This document shows positions 18,801 to 28,519 of a DNA stretch of 64,000 nucleotides, in pieces. This stretch comes from Candidatus Poribacteria bacterium (GTDB lineage: Bacteria > Poribacteria > WGA-4E > WGA-3G), in NCBI GenBank assembly GCA_965197475.1, contig CBDANF010000003.1, forward strand, positions 2,720,001 through 2,784,000. The letters run 5' to 3'. The position numbers and the translations under genes are program-made. Below the pieces are notes generated by a model. The model saw only the letters and a program-made list of their open reading frames with translations, was not told the origin of the DNA and ran no database searches. Position 1 is the stretch's first letter; every line of letters starts with the position of its first letter.

Positions 18801-19292
18801 TCAAGCGCAGAAGAACTCCGCACAGAATTAGCCACAAGAGCCGACCCCTTGTTAGAAGTAGCAATTGAGACGCAGCTCAAAGGATTTTTAATCCAAGTTT
18901 GCAGCGGCGGGCATGATCTCACAAGTTGGATTGAGGCGATCGCAACCTTTCTCGCCAAAAAACCACCCGCATCTTGGATAGACACAGATAAGGCACAATT
19001 TGAGATTAATCTCTCTCAACTCGCAAGGAAATTCCGACATTTTGAAACGGTGTCCTATGAAAAACTACAACACACTGAATCGTCAGGCGAGACAATTCGG
19101 ATAGGCATCACGACACCGAATGAACACGAACAGGAACGGGTTGTTAACTTAACTGACGAGGAACATGCCGATAAAATAGAACAAGCGATTACAAAAGTTT
19201 TTGATGATCTTGATGCAGACGGAAACCCCGAATTTCGTCTCGCTGTTTTAGCGCGAATCTCAAAAAAAATGATGCAAGAATTTGATAAATAA
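15810..19292 (+). CDS. sspC: Large P-loop ATPase, SspC-like
   Basis: Walker A GPYGSGKS, Walker B LVVDELGKFLE, ILHQ, EWAKVQGRF, FAQNERSLFAFL, PPYGVRNG. Confidence 0.85.
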   Translation: MGNVPLSDLFHIKGRFRRSVHIERDFYTENALDGYVLTVTAREMLSRLIATFENEATSKAWSLTGPYGSGKSAFALFAAKLLGNSDARTTQQAFEILKRGDASLYERFISTNGDEKRTPSGFCPVLISGERAPLSLALLRGLDRGITTSNGTQISISLRQELDNLLETVENDSLPSASEVTRLFELATHEICDAGGSGMLLVVDELGKFLEYATQHPTQGDMFILQSLAELADRSKRTPLFLMTILHQAFDVYAQRTAQSQREEWAKVQGRFEDVVFAEPTEQVLRLVGTALEKSSEIICKDNLNTAAELGLKPRQLDESEFSQLLESCLPLHPTVALLIGPLFRRFAQNERSLFAFLSSSEPYGLQDFLSNQHYDGYRLQTFSLADLYDYLNATQGNKLYASRNSKKWVEIESAIAHLSDPSDMTVKLIKTIGLLSIVSEPIPNLKASEQLLRYALDDGTEEFATEFAETLATLKKRSIIIHRRYNNTYGLWEGSDIDIESKLREAETHVDTKIALATDLSRYMPTRPLVARRHLFQTGTLRYFTIRYTDFENFDTDLKEPIGDADGLVLYALPANEYEVKQLVEKAGNIDTADHKEVLIAIPHSIGFLDDAVTQLACLHWITDNIPELESDAVARRELSMQQVEVERDMSRQLTTIFSGDKEDIRMWYSNGQTVDINSQRVRNAHLSKICDAVFHKTPLIRNELINRRKISGAATSARKKLIQAMLENGDKENLGITGYPAEMSIYRSLLWNTGIHRRVSGVWGFHPPKADDKNKITHVWNAIEIFLEKCENKRQSVIKLYERLMVPPYGVRNGPLPILLCVAIFHYRTEIALYENGSFVADLSVPVFERLLKVPEQFELKRFRLAGIRAELFAQFLKMLNQPTETENPDLLTVVTPLMRFIGRLPKYTLATQTLSDAAKRTRDTVRNAREPDELLFKQLPESLGFSAFTAKAADSKTVSDFFNTLQGALSELGSAYDQLLNSLEQMLAAAFTSESSAEELRTELATRADPLLEVAIETQLKGFLIQVCSGGHDLTSWIEAIATFLAKKPPASWIDTDKAQFEINLSQLARKFRHFETVSYEKLQHTESSGETIRIGITTPNEHEQERVVNLTDEEHADKIEQAITKVFDDLDADGNPEFRLAVLARISKKMMQEFDK

Positions 19293-19295
19293 CAC

Positions 19296-19324
19296 TTGAC
19301 TTATTTTAATTAACATGCTACAAT
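19296..19324 (+). promoter_or_regulatory. Internal sigma70 promoter upstream of sspD
   Basis: TTGACT-17 nt-TACAAT with TG extension; GGAGG SD before the sspD ATG. Confidence 0.6.
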
Positions 19325-19361
19325 TAGAAAAAATATAACAGACCTAATTGGGAGGGACAGC

Positions 19362-20180
19362 ATGGCACAAAAAATACGTCATCTTCTCGGACTTTCGGGT
19401 GGAAAAGACAGCTCAGCACTTGCCGTTTACATGCGCGACAGAGTGCCAGAGATGGAATACTTTTTCACTGATACCGGTAAAGAATTGCCAGAGACTTACG
19501 ATTTTTTGGACCGCCTTGAAGCGTTCCTCGGCAAACCGATCGCACGTCTCAACGTAGAACGCGATTTCGATCACTGGCTAACACTACACGGAGGCTTGCT
19601 ACCATCTTCTCAAGTGCGTTGGTGTACCATCAAACTCAAAATAAGACCTTTTGAGGAATACGTCGGCGAAGATAAAGCGTTCCACTATATCGGTATCCGT
19701 GCTGACGAAGATCGTGCCGGCTACAAACCGCTGAAAACGACCGCCCTCCAAAACATCATCCCTAAATACCCATTCAAAGAGGATGGCATCACCAAAGAGG
19801 ACGTTTTCAGAATCCTTGAGGAAAGCGGACTCGGTTTGCCCGACTATTACAAGTGGCGAACACGTTCCGGGTGCTACTTCTGCTTCTTCCAACGTAAATC
19901 CGAATGGGTGGGTCTCTTAGAGCAACATCCCGACCTATTTGAACTTGCCAAAAGATACGAGAAATTCAGTCCAGAGACAGGCGAACGGTTCACGTGGAGT
20001 CAGGGTGAAAGCCTGGAGGAATTAGCAGAACCAGAACGGATAGCAGAAATCAAGGCACGTACCGAACAGGCGAAAGTATCCAAAAAAACAGCAAAACCGA
20101 ACCGTCGTCTGATAGAGATTTTGACCGATGTTCACGATGACGAAGATGATGAGGAGCCTTGTCTGGTGTGCCATAAGTGA
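19362..20180 (+). CDS. sspD: PAPS reductase-family protein, SspD-like
   Basis: PP-loop SGGKDS, DTGKELPETY, RWCT..LK, GIRADE, RSGCYFCFFQ. Confidence 0.88.
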   Translation: MAQKIRHLLGLSGGKDSSALAVYMRDRVPEMEYFFTDTGKELPETYDFLDRLEAFLGKPIARLNVERDFDHWLTLHGGLLPSSQVRWCTIKLKIRPFEEYVGEDKAFHYIGIRADEDRAGYKPLKTTALQNIIPKYPFKEDGITKEDVFRILEESGLGLPDYYKWRTRSGCYFCFFQRKSEWVGLLEQHPDLFELAKRYEKFSPETGERFTWSQGESLEELAEPERIAEIKARTEQAKVSKKTAKPNRRLIEILTDVHDDEDDEEPCLVCHK

Positions 20181-20197
20181 TATTGTGGAGATTACCA

Positions 20198-21091
20198 ATG
20201 CCTATGGATAGAGAGTTAATCATTGAGAAATTTGATAACATTAGAATATGGAGACGAGGTGATGAAAGAGCACCTCACAAACCATTACTAATCCTATATG
20301 CGATAGGAAAATTGCTGCGCGATGGGACTCGTCTTGTTCCATACGCTGAAATAGATGAAGGTCTTGGTAGATTATTACAAGAATTTGGACCTAGCCAAAC
20401 AACACGAGGAACTGCGTATCCATTTTGGAGGTTGCAAGGAGATGGTGTTTGGGAGGTGACCAACACCGAAAATATTACACCAAACACTGCGGGTGATGCC
20501 AGCAAAACAGATCTCCTTGAAAGTAACGTTTCTGGCGGCTTCCATGAAGAGATCATAGCGCAACTTCAAAATGATTCTACATTGTCTATTGAAATAGTTC
20601 AGATGATGTTGGACAAACACTTTCCAGATTCAATTCACAGTGAAATTTTACAAGCAGTTGACATTGAATTCCCTCCCCAAGTTTTTGAAACAAGAGAACG
20701 TTTTTCTAACTTCCGAAATAGTGTTTTAAAAGCCTATGAGTACAAATGTGCTGTCTGCGGCTTTGATGTGAAATTGGGTGCTATCTCAATCGCACTAGAG
20801 GCTTCTCATATCAAATGGAAATCTCATAGTGGACCTAATAAAGAAGTGAATGGATTATGCCTCTGTGTTATGCATCATAAACTGTTTGACCTTGGGGCGT
20901 TCACGTTGTCCAAAGAACTACACATCCTTGTTTCGGATGATGCACACGGAACAAAGGGACTCAAGGAGTCGCTTACGGATTTCCACAAAAAGAAAATCAA
21001 TTTTCCGCAAAGGCAAATCTATCTCCCCGACTTAGAATTTATCGGTTGGCATGTCAGAGAGGTGTTTAAGGGAGATTATAGGGAATTGTGA
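20198..21091 (+). CDS. Sulfur-binding-domain (SBD)-HNH endonuclease, phosphorothioate-dependent McrA-like
   Basis: RAPHKPLL and YPFWRLQGDGVW (SBD motifs); CAVC...EASHI...NGLCLCVMHHKLFD (HNH); GGAG SD before ATG 20198. Confidence 0.82.
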   Translation: MPMDRELIIEKFDNIRIWRRGDERAPHKPLLILYAIGKLLRDGTRLVPYAEIDEGLGRLLQEFGPSQTTRGTAYPFWRLQGDGVWEVTNTENITPNTAGDASKTDLLESNVSGGFHEEIIAQLQNDSTLSIEIVQMMLDKHFPDSIHSEILQAVDIEFPPQVFETRERFSNFRNSVLKAYEYKCAVCGFDVKLGAISIALEASHIKWKSHSGPNKEVNGLCLCVMHHKLFDLGAFTLSKELHILVSDDAHGTKGLKESLTDFHKKKINFPQRQIYLPDLEFIGWHVREVFKGDYREL

Positions 21092-21117
21092 TCATATAAT
21101 CAAATAGGTAATAAGAC

Positions 21118-22980
21118 ATGAAACTTACAAAAGTACGTATAACGAATTTTCAGAGCATTCAGAATTCAACCGAGTTTGATATTGACGATGTCACTTGTTT
21201 AGTAGGAAAAAATGAGGCTGGCAAGACTGCGTTATTAAAAGCACTGTACCGCTTGAATCCAATCAACGAATCGGACGGCAATTTTAATGTCACGGATGAT
21301 TATCCGCGCCAAACTATGAATGCCTACGAAGATTCTATTTTAGATGGTGAAGACCACGCAGAGGTTGTTCATGCTACCTACATGCTTGAACCCGAGGACA
21401 TAAGCATTGCCAGAGAATTTCTTGGGTCTGAATACCCTGAAGACGAAATCCCAACCATCACCCTTCGTAAAGGATATTCAAACAAACTTTTCTACGGTGG
21501 ATTGGGTATTGGCAGTAGCGAATATACATACAATGACTTGAGCGAAGATGCTGACGAAAATACTTACTATGGCTTGTCTCCGAACGCTCCAGCCGTTTTG
21601 AATCAACTTGTTGATCGTATTCCCAAATTCCTTTATTTCGATGAGTACTATCAGATGAAAGGACAGGATAACATTGAAACACTCAGACAGCGTGTTGCAA
21701 GTGATTCACTTGAAGAACCAGACCATCCATTACTTGGGTTAATTCAACTTGCGGGTCTCGATCTTGACCAGATTATTAATACACGTCAAACGGAATCCTT
21801 AATTGCGAAGTTAGAAGGAGCAGGAAACTTTCTTACTCAAAAAGTACTTCCTTATTGGTCCCAAAACCAACACCTTCGGATGAAATTTGAAATCCGTCCT
21901 GGACAACCTGAAGATCCGCAAGGTATGACTAGTGGAACAAACATCTGGGGGCGCGTAGAAGACACCAAACACTATGTTACCACTGCACTTAGAACTCGAT
22001 CTCGCGGTTTTGTCTGGTTCTTTTCTTTTCTCGCTTGGTACCACAAAATTCGCAAGGAAAACGAAAATCTCATATTACTCTTGGACGAACCAGGACTCTT
22101 CCTTCATGCAAAAGCCCAAGGCGATCTACTCCACTACTTTGAAAAAGAACTGATCCCACATCACCAACTTATCTACACAACTCACTCACCGTTTATGGTT
22201 GATCCGGGACATTTCGATCGTGTAAGAATTGTCCAAGATTTGAGCATTGAAGCGAATTCTGATAATTTATCTGAAGAGGAACAAGGGACAAAAGTTATTA
22301 CTGAAGTGCTTGATGCAATACCTGACAGTCTTTTTCCACTTCAGAGTGCCCTCGGTTACGAGATTACTCAGACACTTTTTATCGGCCCCAACAATCTCAT
22401 CGTTGAGGGAGTATCTGACTTACTGTACATTGAAACCATCTCTACACTTCTTCAGACACGAGGTAAAGATGGTTTGAGTTCCGATTGGACTATTATGCCT
22501 GTTGGCGGTTCTGACAAGGTTTTTACATTCGTTTCACTGATTGGTGCTCAGAAGGATTTGAATATTGCCGTTCTTATTGACTTTCAGAAGAAAGATCAGC
22601 AAAGAATTGAAAACCTATACAAGACGAAATTACTTAAACAGAAAAAAGTTCTCACTTACGCAGCCTTTGTGCAGGGTAATGAAGCAGATATTGAGGATAT
22701 GTTTGATCCTAACTTTTATTTAAAGTTAGTAAATAGCGTATTTGAGACATCTTTAACTACAAATGATTTGCCAAAAGGCACGCGTATCATCCGTCGTCTT
22801 GAAAACTACTTTGAGAATAATCCTATTTCTAACGACGTAAAGTTTAACCATTACAGACCTGCTTTCTATTTGAGCAAGAACCTCCAATCACTTGAGAACG
22901 ATTTAACTGATCCACAGCTTGATCGTTTCCAAAAAGCCTTTGATGTTCTGAATAAATTGCTTGTTACTCAGTCTACATAA
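21118..22980 (+). CDS. OLD-family ATP-dependent nuclease (ABC ATPase + TOPRIM)
   Basis: NFQSI, GKNEAGKT, RSRGF, LLLDEP..FLH, TTHSPF, VEGVSD, DIED. Confidence 0.85.
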   Translation: MKLTKVRITNFQSIQNSTEFDIDDVTCLVGKNEAGKTALLKALYRLNPINESDGNFNVTDDYPRQTMNAYEDSILDGEDHAEVVHATYMLEPEDISIAREFLGSEYPEDEIPTITLRKGYSNKLFYGGLGIGSSEYTYNDLSEDADENTYYGLSPNAPAVLNQLVDRIPKFLYFDEYYQMKGQDNIETLRQRVASDSLEEPDHPLLGLIQLAGLDLDQIINTRQTESLIAKLEGAGNFLTQKVLPYWSQNQHLRMKFEIRPGQPEDPQGMTSGTNIWGRVEDTKHYVTTALRTRSRGFVWFFSFLAWYHKIRKENENLILLLDEPGLFLHAKAQGDLLHYFEKELIPHHQLIYTTHSPFMVDPGHFDRVRIVQDLSIEANSDNLSEEEQGTKVITEVLDAIPDSLFPLQSALGYEITQTLFIGPNNLIVEGVSDLLYIETISTLLQTRGKDGLSSDWTIMPVGGSDKVFTFVSLIGAQKDLNIAVLIDFQKKDQQRIENLYKTKLLKQKKVLTYAAFVQGNEADIEDMFDPNFYLKLVNSVFETSLTTNDLPKGTRIIRRLENYFENNPISNDVKFNHYRPAFYLSKNLQSLENDLTDPQLDRFQKAFDVLNKLLVTQST

Positions 22981-23108
22981 GAACTGTAGCAACTCCAGTA
23001 CAGCAAAACTACTACCTCCCCACAAAAAACTTCCCTTGACAAACCACCACCCCGTCAAGTATAATCAATAAAAGAACCTTTAGAAATAGCAAAGGTATAA
23101 TACTTAGC

Positions 23109-23978
23109 ATGGCACAATATGATGAGATCGTGAAGCACCTGATGGATCGGTTCGCCGATGAGTTCGCCATGCTATCCTTTGGCACGCCCGATGTCCAAGT
23201 TTTAGAGACACTTGACACCGAACAACAAACGATTAAGGTGCATCGCAATGACATGACATATAAGGTGCTATGGCACAATGAGACAGTCCTTCTTCATATA
23301 GAGGTGCAAACCGAGGATAGTAGAGATAAACCGATGCCGTTGCGCGTGCTTGCATACACCAGTGAACTCCTGTTACGCCATGAACTTCCCGTGTATTCAG
23401 TGGTGCTATATCTAAGTCCAAATGCGGGACAGACCGACCCGGGCGGCTATAGTTATGGAAATGATGTCCTTGGTTTGCAGCATAAGTATCATGTGATTCG
23501 GTTGGCGGATTTAGAAGGTGCAGCGTTTTTGGAAGCAGCATCGGTTGGATTGTTGCCTTTTACACCTTTAATGAGATCGCCTACGGACATGAATACGGAA
23601 GTATGGTTGCAAAAATGTGTTGAGAAGACGGAAGCCGCACCAGTTGACACACAGACGCGTGGGACGCTGTTGTTTGCGTTATCAACGTTGGGCAGCATAG
23701 CCCATGACCTTACATTTTTACAAAAACTTATATCGGAGGAAATGATGCAAGAATCTCCTTTTATTGAACACTTAATGCAGAAAGGTGCACGTGAAAATTC
23801 CATTAATAATATTCAGTCTGTGCTAACAAAACGCTTTCCACAGAGCAATGTACAACCCATAGAACATGCACTTGAATCTATTCAAGACATTGATCTTTTG
23901 ACAGAGCTGCATCTCATAGCAATTGACACACCCAGTGTTGAGGCATTTTTACAAGAATTGAACGCATCGGAAGTGTAA
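23109..23978 (+). CDS. Rpn/YhgA-like (PD-(D/E)xK) recombination-promoting nuclease / putative transposase
   Basis: YDEIVKHL, LHIEVQT, MPLRVLAY, PVYSVVLYL, LLPFTPL, MQESPF. Confidence 0.75.
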   Translation: MAQYDEIVKHLMDRFADEFAMLSFGTPDVQVLETLDTEQQTIKVHRNDMTYKVLWHNETVLLHIEVQTEDSRDKPMPLRVLAYTSELLLRHELPVYSVVLYLSPNAGQTDPGGYSYGNDVLGLQHKYHVIRLADLEGAAFLEAASVGLLPFTPLMRSPTDMNTEVWLQKCVEKTEAAPVDTQTRGTLLFALSTLGSIAHDLTFLQKLISEEMMQESPFIEHLMQKGARENSINNIQSVLTKRFPQSNVQPIEHALESIQDIDLLTELHLIAIDTPSVEAFLQELNASEV

Positions 23979-24094
23979 AAACCTCTTCTGTCCGAGCGAT
24001 CTCGGAATCGCGACTATTTGACAAAACAGATAAAATGCCGAAAACTAAATAGCCCTGATAAAAGGACCTTTAGGAAAAAGGATCGGAAACACCG

Positions 24095-25033
24095 ATGCAG
24101 CAGCCTAAAATCACCGTCCTCGGCAGTGCAAACGTTGACCTTGTCATTCGTGCCGAACGGATGCCAAACAGAGGCGAAACCCTCATCGGAGAAACGTTTG
24201 ACATCTTCACTGGTGGCAAAGGCTTCAATCAAGCGACAGCCGCAGCCCGATTAGGCGCAGAAGTTACGCTTATCGGTAGAATAGGCGATGACCCGTTTGC
24301 TGATGTCCTCCGATCCGCAATTGAGTCCGAAAATATCGACAGCCAATTCGTCAAAACCGATGCAGAAGGCGGTACAGGTGTCGCCGCGATAGTTGTGGAA
24401 CCGGATGGCGACAACAGCATCATCGTTGTCCCACGCGCCAACATGCGCCTCACATCAAAAGACATCGCAGACGCAGCAGAAAGTATTGCAGAAGCAGACG
24501 TTTTGCTGCTACAATTAGAGACACCGATTGACGCTTCACAAAGCGCAATAGAGATAGCAAAAGGAAACGACACAATCGTAATTTTAGATCCAGCACCAGC
24601 GCGTCCACTACCGCCAAGTTTGTTAGCACAAGTGGATATTCTAACACCAAACGCAACAGAGGCAACAGTGCTATCAGAACATCTTGTTAGCACACCAGAA
24701 ACGGGTATCGCTGCTGCCAAAGCATTACAAACGCAGATAGCAGCAGATGGACTTTCTGCAGTCGTGCTAACACTTGGAGAACAAGGAGCATTACTCTGCA
24801 CACCAACGCAATCTATACATGTGCCAGCAATTCCTGTTGATGCAGTGGACACAACCGGTGCAGGAGATGCGTTCAGTGGTGCACTCGCAACAGCACTCGC
24901 AAACGGGGAGAGTCTATCTGAGGCAGTAACATTCGCCATAGCTGCAGGCGCAGCGGCAGTCACTGTACTCGGTGCAACGCCATCAATGCCGACACACGAA
25001 AAAATTGAGGCAATCCTTTCAGAAAAGTGTTAA
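24095..25033 (+). CDS. rbsK: Ribokinase
   Basis: GSANVD, GGKGFNQA, LLQLE, TPNATE, DTTGAGDAF. Confidence 0.92.
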   Translation: MQQPKITVLGSANVDLVIRAERMPNRGETLIGETFDIFTGGKGFNQATAAARLGAEVTLIGRIGDDPFADVLRSAIESENIDSQFVKTDAEGGTGVAAIVVEPDGDNSIIVVPRANMRLTSKDIADAAESIAEADVLLLQLETPIDASQSAIEIAKGNDTIVILDPAPARPLPPSLLAQVDILTPNATEATVLSEHLVSTPETGIAAAKALQTQIAADGLSAVVLTLGEQGALLCTPTQSIHVPAIPVDAVDTTGAGDAFSGALATALANGESLSEAVTFAIAAGAAAVTVLGATPSMPTHEKIEAILSEKC

Positions 25034-25201
25034 TATAGGATTGTAGATTAGGTTTAACAGCGAAAAACAGATATGTCAAATGCTGTTCTTTCTTGTGGGA
25101 GGGCTTTCTAAGCCCGATATAGCCGTAGGTTGGGTAGAGCGGAGCGAAACCCAACACATCAATCCCCAACAATAACAAACGTCCATACAAAGGAGGAAAA
25201 A

Positions 25202-28075
25202 ATGAAAAGAATAACAGTCCTACTCATAATCTCTCTCTCATTTTTGCTAATTGCTATCACAACCTCAGCGCAAGAGAAATGGGAACGGGATATGCAAAAA
25301 GATTTCGCGAAAGTCCTAAAAGTAAAAAAAGATGCACCTAAAGAACATCGCGAGTTTATTGCAGAATGGCGAAAGAAGGGACACATCGCGGAACTCACCC
25401 AACTCTATGAGGCAGAAAAAGTTAATCATCCAGACGATGCAGCATTCATTTACGCGTTAGGTTACACCTATGCCCTCACGAACCCAAAGGAAAATGAAGG
25501 TGCGCAAGAAAAAGCAATCGGCTATTTTGAAACCGCACTGGAGCTTGACCCTTCGCTGTTTTGGGCACATTTCAGTCTCGGCGCAATCTACAAGAAACAG
25601 AAAAAATACGATGAGGCACTATCCAAATTTCAGACCAGTCTCACATTAAATCCAAAATACTATCCCGCCCACTACTATATCGGTGAAGTTCTGCTCAAAC
25701 AGGGCAAACATGCCGAAGCACTCCAATCCTTTGAAGCCGCACAGGCTTTAAACCCGAAGTGGGAATACCCAGTTTACGGTATCGGGTTAGTCCACCTTGC
25801 CCAAGGAAATCTGAATCTGGCGCGAGAAACATTTGAACGTACCATTCAAAACAACCGAAAATTCGCGCCAGCGTACGTCAAACTCGGTCAAGTGCTTGCT
25901 AAGGAAGGGTTTTTTGATGAAGCAATGCAAGAATACCAAAAATCAGCCGAATATCAGCCTTACACTGCAACAGATATCTTTGATCTGGCAGTAATTTTCG
26001 CTGAGAAAGACAACGCAGATGGTGCAGTAAAGTTGTATCAACGCGCACTGGAAATTAATCCAACACACGGTCCCGCGCATTTCGCTGTCGCAGAAATTCT
26101 TTACGCTCAAGGCGATGTTGATACTGCAGTTAACCATTATCAACAAGCAATTGCGGGTGAACCTACCCTCAAAAACGCCTTTTTTGAACCTTTAAAACCT
26201 TACTTCACAGGAATAATAAGTACTGATGACGCACGCGTATTGCTTGACAAGGCAATGGCTGTCCTGCCAGACGATCCACGCTCCTACTTCTATATGGGCA
26301 AACTTGAAGCGGATACCAGCAATGTCCAAAAAGCAATAGAACATTACAAAAAAACGCTTGAGATTGTTGAGGCAGATCCGAGTTTATTAGAAATGCAACT
26401 GCCACACGGTCACTTTAATGATTCCTATTTGCAATTGGGCGATCTATATCGTCAACAAGGCGATCTGGAGACAGCAGTAACTTATTATCGACGCGCACTT
26501 GAACTTGATCCCGCATTGGCGACGCGTTTCTGGGAACAAGGAAAATCCGCTTTCGAATCGGGCAACTATAAAGACGCTATTCAGTCGTTGAACATACACA
26601 CCATCCTATTCCCTGAAGATATTGATGCCACTTATCTTTTGGGACAGACTTACGAAGGGAATGAGGATAAAGAAAACGCACTCGTGTATTATCAAAAAAC
26701 GCTGCAGTTAGATGCGAATCGTCCTGATGTGCTTTACAAGATGGTTAATATCTATAACCAGACCGAATCTCATCAAAATGCACTGGACGCTTTGAAGAAG
26801 ATTATCGCTATTGACCCAGCGGACGCTCAGGCACACTACTTATCTGCACGCGCTTATCTCGCGTTGGAACAGGACGACGAGGCACTATCCGCGTTTCTGG
26901 AAACCATTCGTCTAAAACCCAACAACCTTGATGCGCAATATCAAGCTGGCATATTATATGAAAAGAAAGGCGATATTGACAACGCCGTTGTGCAATATGA
27001 GAAAATTATCGTTCTTGATCCTGAAAACCCCGAGCCTTTCTTCCGACTCGGTAGAATCTATGAACAACGCAAAGACGAAGATAACATGATACGTGTATAT
27101 CAACCCGCGTTGGAACTTGAACCCAACCATCCGAATATCCATCATACACTTGCTGTCATCTTTGAAAAACGGTTCAAGAAAGGTACCGAAGATCAAAAAG
27201 CATATAACATGGAACAAACACTTCATCACTACGGATTAGCAAACGAACACGATCCAGAGCATTTTGACTGGCATTATAGCTACGCTCGATTGTTAGATAC
27301 GCACGCAGAAACACTTGAAAACTACCATAAACATGCTGCAATGGCAGTTGATGAGTATTTTAAAACAATTGCGCTAAATCCAAGACATGTTGATGCTTAC
27401 TTTAACCGCGGGATAATTACCAGCCGTTATAAACGGATTGGAAATAAGACTTATCTTAGCAGTCAGATATTAGAGGATTTTAAACAGGTTGTACAATTAG
27501 ACCCAAAAAATATTGAAGCACACTTCCATATTGGAACCCTTCAACTCTGGATTGACAAGCCCAAACTTGCTGAAGAAACGTTCAAAAAGATTATCAAGCT
27601 TGATCCAAAATATAAAGGAGTTCGTACACAACTTGGAAAACTCGCTGAACGCGAAGAAAAATGGAAAGAAGCAATCAAATTTTATGAAAAGGAGATAGAA
27701 ATTGATGATAAAGCCACTGAAGCATATCAACGCCTCGGCGATCTCTACTACAATTCTGAGTTGGAATTAAATAAGGCGAAAGCGACGTTAGAGATAGCAC
27801 TCAATTTGAACGAAAACCATGTTGACACTATTATAGTGTATGCCAATGTTCTTTACAGCATGGATATGCTTGGGGGTGCTGCCGAACAGTTTGAACGCGC
27901 ACTACAAATAGATACTCGGAATTTGACCGCAAACTACAATCTCGCCTTAATGTATGAGTACACTGAACGGAACGAACTTGCGAAAACACAGTGGAAACGT
28001 TTTCTTGAATTAAATCCACCTGAACAGTGGAAAGTCGAAGCACAGAAGCATCTCAGCCAACTCGGTGGAAAGTAG
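25202..28075 (+). CDS. Large secreted tetratricopeptide-repeat protein
   Basis: AGGAGG SD, signal peptide, roughly 20 TPR units. Confidence 0.9.
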   Translation: MKRITVLLIISLSFLLIAITTSAQEKWERDMQKDFAKVLKVKKDAPKEHREFIAEWRKKGHIAELTQLYEAEKVNHPDDAAFIYALGYTYALTNPKENEGAQEKAIGYFETALELDPSLFWAHFSLGAIYKKQKKYDEALSKFQTSLTLNPKYYPAHYYIGEVLLKQGKHAEALQSFEAAQALNPKWEYPVYGIGLVHLAQGNLNLARETFERTIQNNRKFAPAYVKLGQVLAKEGFFDEAMQEYQKSAEYQPYTATDIFDLAVIFAEKDNADGAVKLYQRALEINPTHGPAHFAVAEILYAQGDVDTAVNHYQQAIAGEPTLKNAFFEPLKPYFTGIISTDDARVLLDKAMAVLPDDPRSYFYMGKLEADTSNVQKAIEHYKKTLEIVEADPSLLEMQLPHGHFNDSYLQLGDLYRQQGDLETAVTYYRRALELDPALATRFWEQGKSAFESGNYKDAIQSLNIHTILFPEDIDATYLLGQTYEGNEDKENALVYYQKTLQLDANRPDVLYKMVNIYNQTESHQNALDALKKIIAIDPADAQAHYLSARAYLALEQDDEALSAFLETIRLKPNNLDAQYQAGILYEKKGDIDNAVVQYEKIIVLDPENPEPFFRLGRIYEQRKDEDNMIRVYQPALELEPNHPNIHHTLAVIFEKRFKKGTEDQKAYNMEQTLHHYGLANEHDPEHFDWHYSYARLLDTHAETLENYHKHAAMAVDEYFKTIALNPRHVDAYFNRGIITSRYKRIGNKTYLSSQILEDFKQVVQLDPKNIEAHFHIGTLQLWIDKPKLAEETFKKIIKLDPKYKGVRTQLGKLAEREEKWKEAIKFYEKEIEIDDKATEAYQRLGDLYYNSELELNKAKATLEIALNLNENHVDTIIVYANVLYSMDMLGGAAEQFERALQIDTRNLTANYNLALMYEYTERNELAKTQWKRFLELNPPEQWKVEAQKHLSQLGGK

Positions 28076-28229
28076 TTTATAGGTGCGGTTTCTAACCGCA
28101 CCACATCTGTCTGAATCCGCGGATTGCCGCCTCTTGTGGGAGGGCTTTCCAACCCCGATTTCTTCTATTTCTTCTGTAGGAGTGACCCCCACTTGCCTTA
28201 TGCTCACGCTGCGTGATTAACCCAAAAAG

Positions 28230-28510
28230 CCCTTAGGTGTCAATTTAGGGATATATTTCTTGTGGGAGGGCTTTCTAAGCCCGATTTTTACACCTTGAGT
28301 TCCGTAGGAACGCTATGTTTATAGAAAACGTAGTGATCAATTTCTTGAGCTCCGTAGGAGCGACATATAGATTCTATAAACATTCCGCCTCTACGAGGCT
28401 CAAGAGCGTGTTTGACCTTGTTTCTATAAACATACCGCCTCTACGAGGAAACCATACACATTACACATTCACAAAAAATAGATTCATTTCCTTAAATTGA
28501 CACCTATGGG
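28230..28510. mobile_element. MITE-like element with internal REP-like palindromes
   Basis: Ends cccttaggtgtcaatttaggga / tccttaaattgacacctatggg (~20/22 inverted); internal ccgtagga.cg and cgcctctacgagg units. Confidence 0.65.
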
Positions 28511-28519
28511 TAGAACACA

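Noticed and set aside
14879-20180. BREX type 4 or Dnd system
   Set aside because: No pglZ, brxL or dndB/D/E-like genes; the DUF4007-ATPase-PAPS reductase order matches sspBCD.
24229-24963. 244-aa antisense ORF over rbsK, and the many other overlapping short ORFs in the track
   Set aside because: Shadow frames of well-supported genes with no recognisable motifs.
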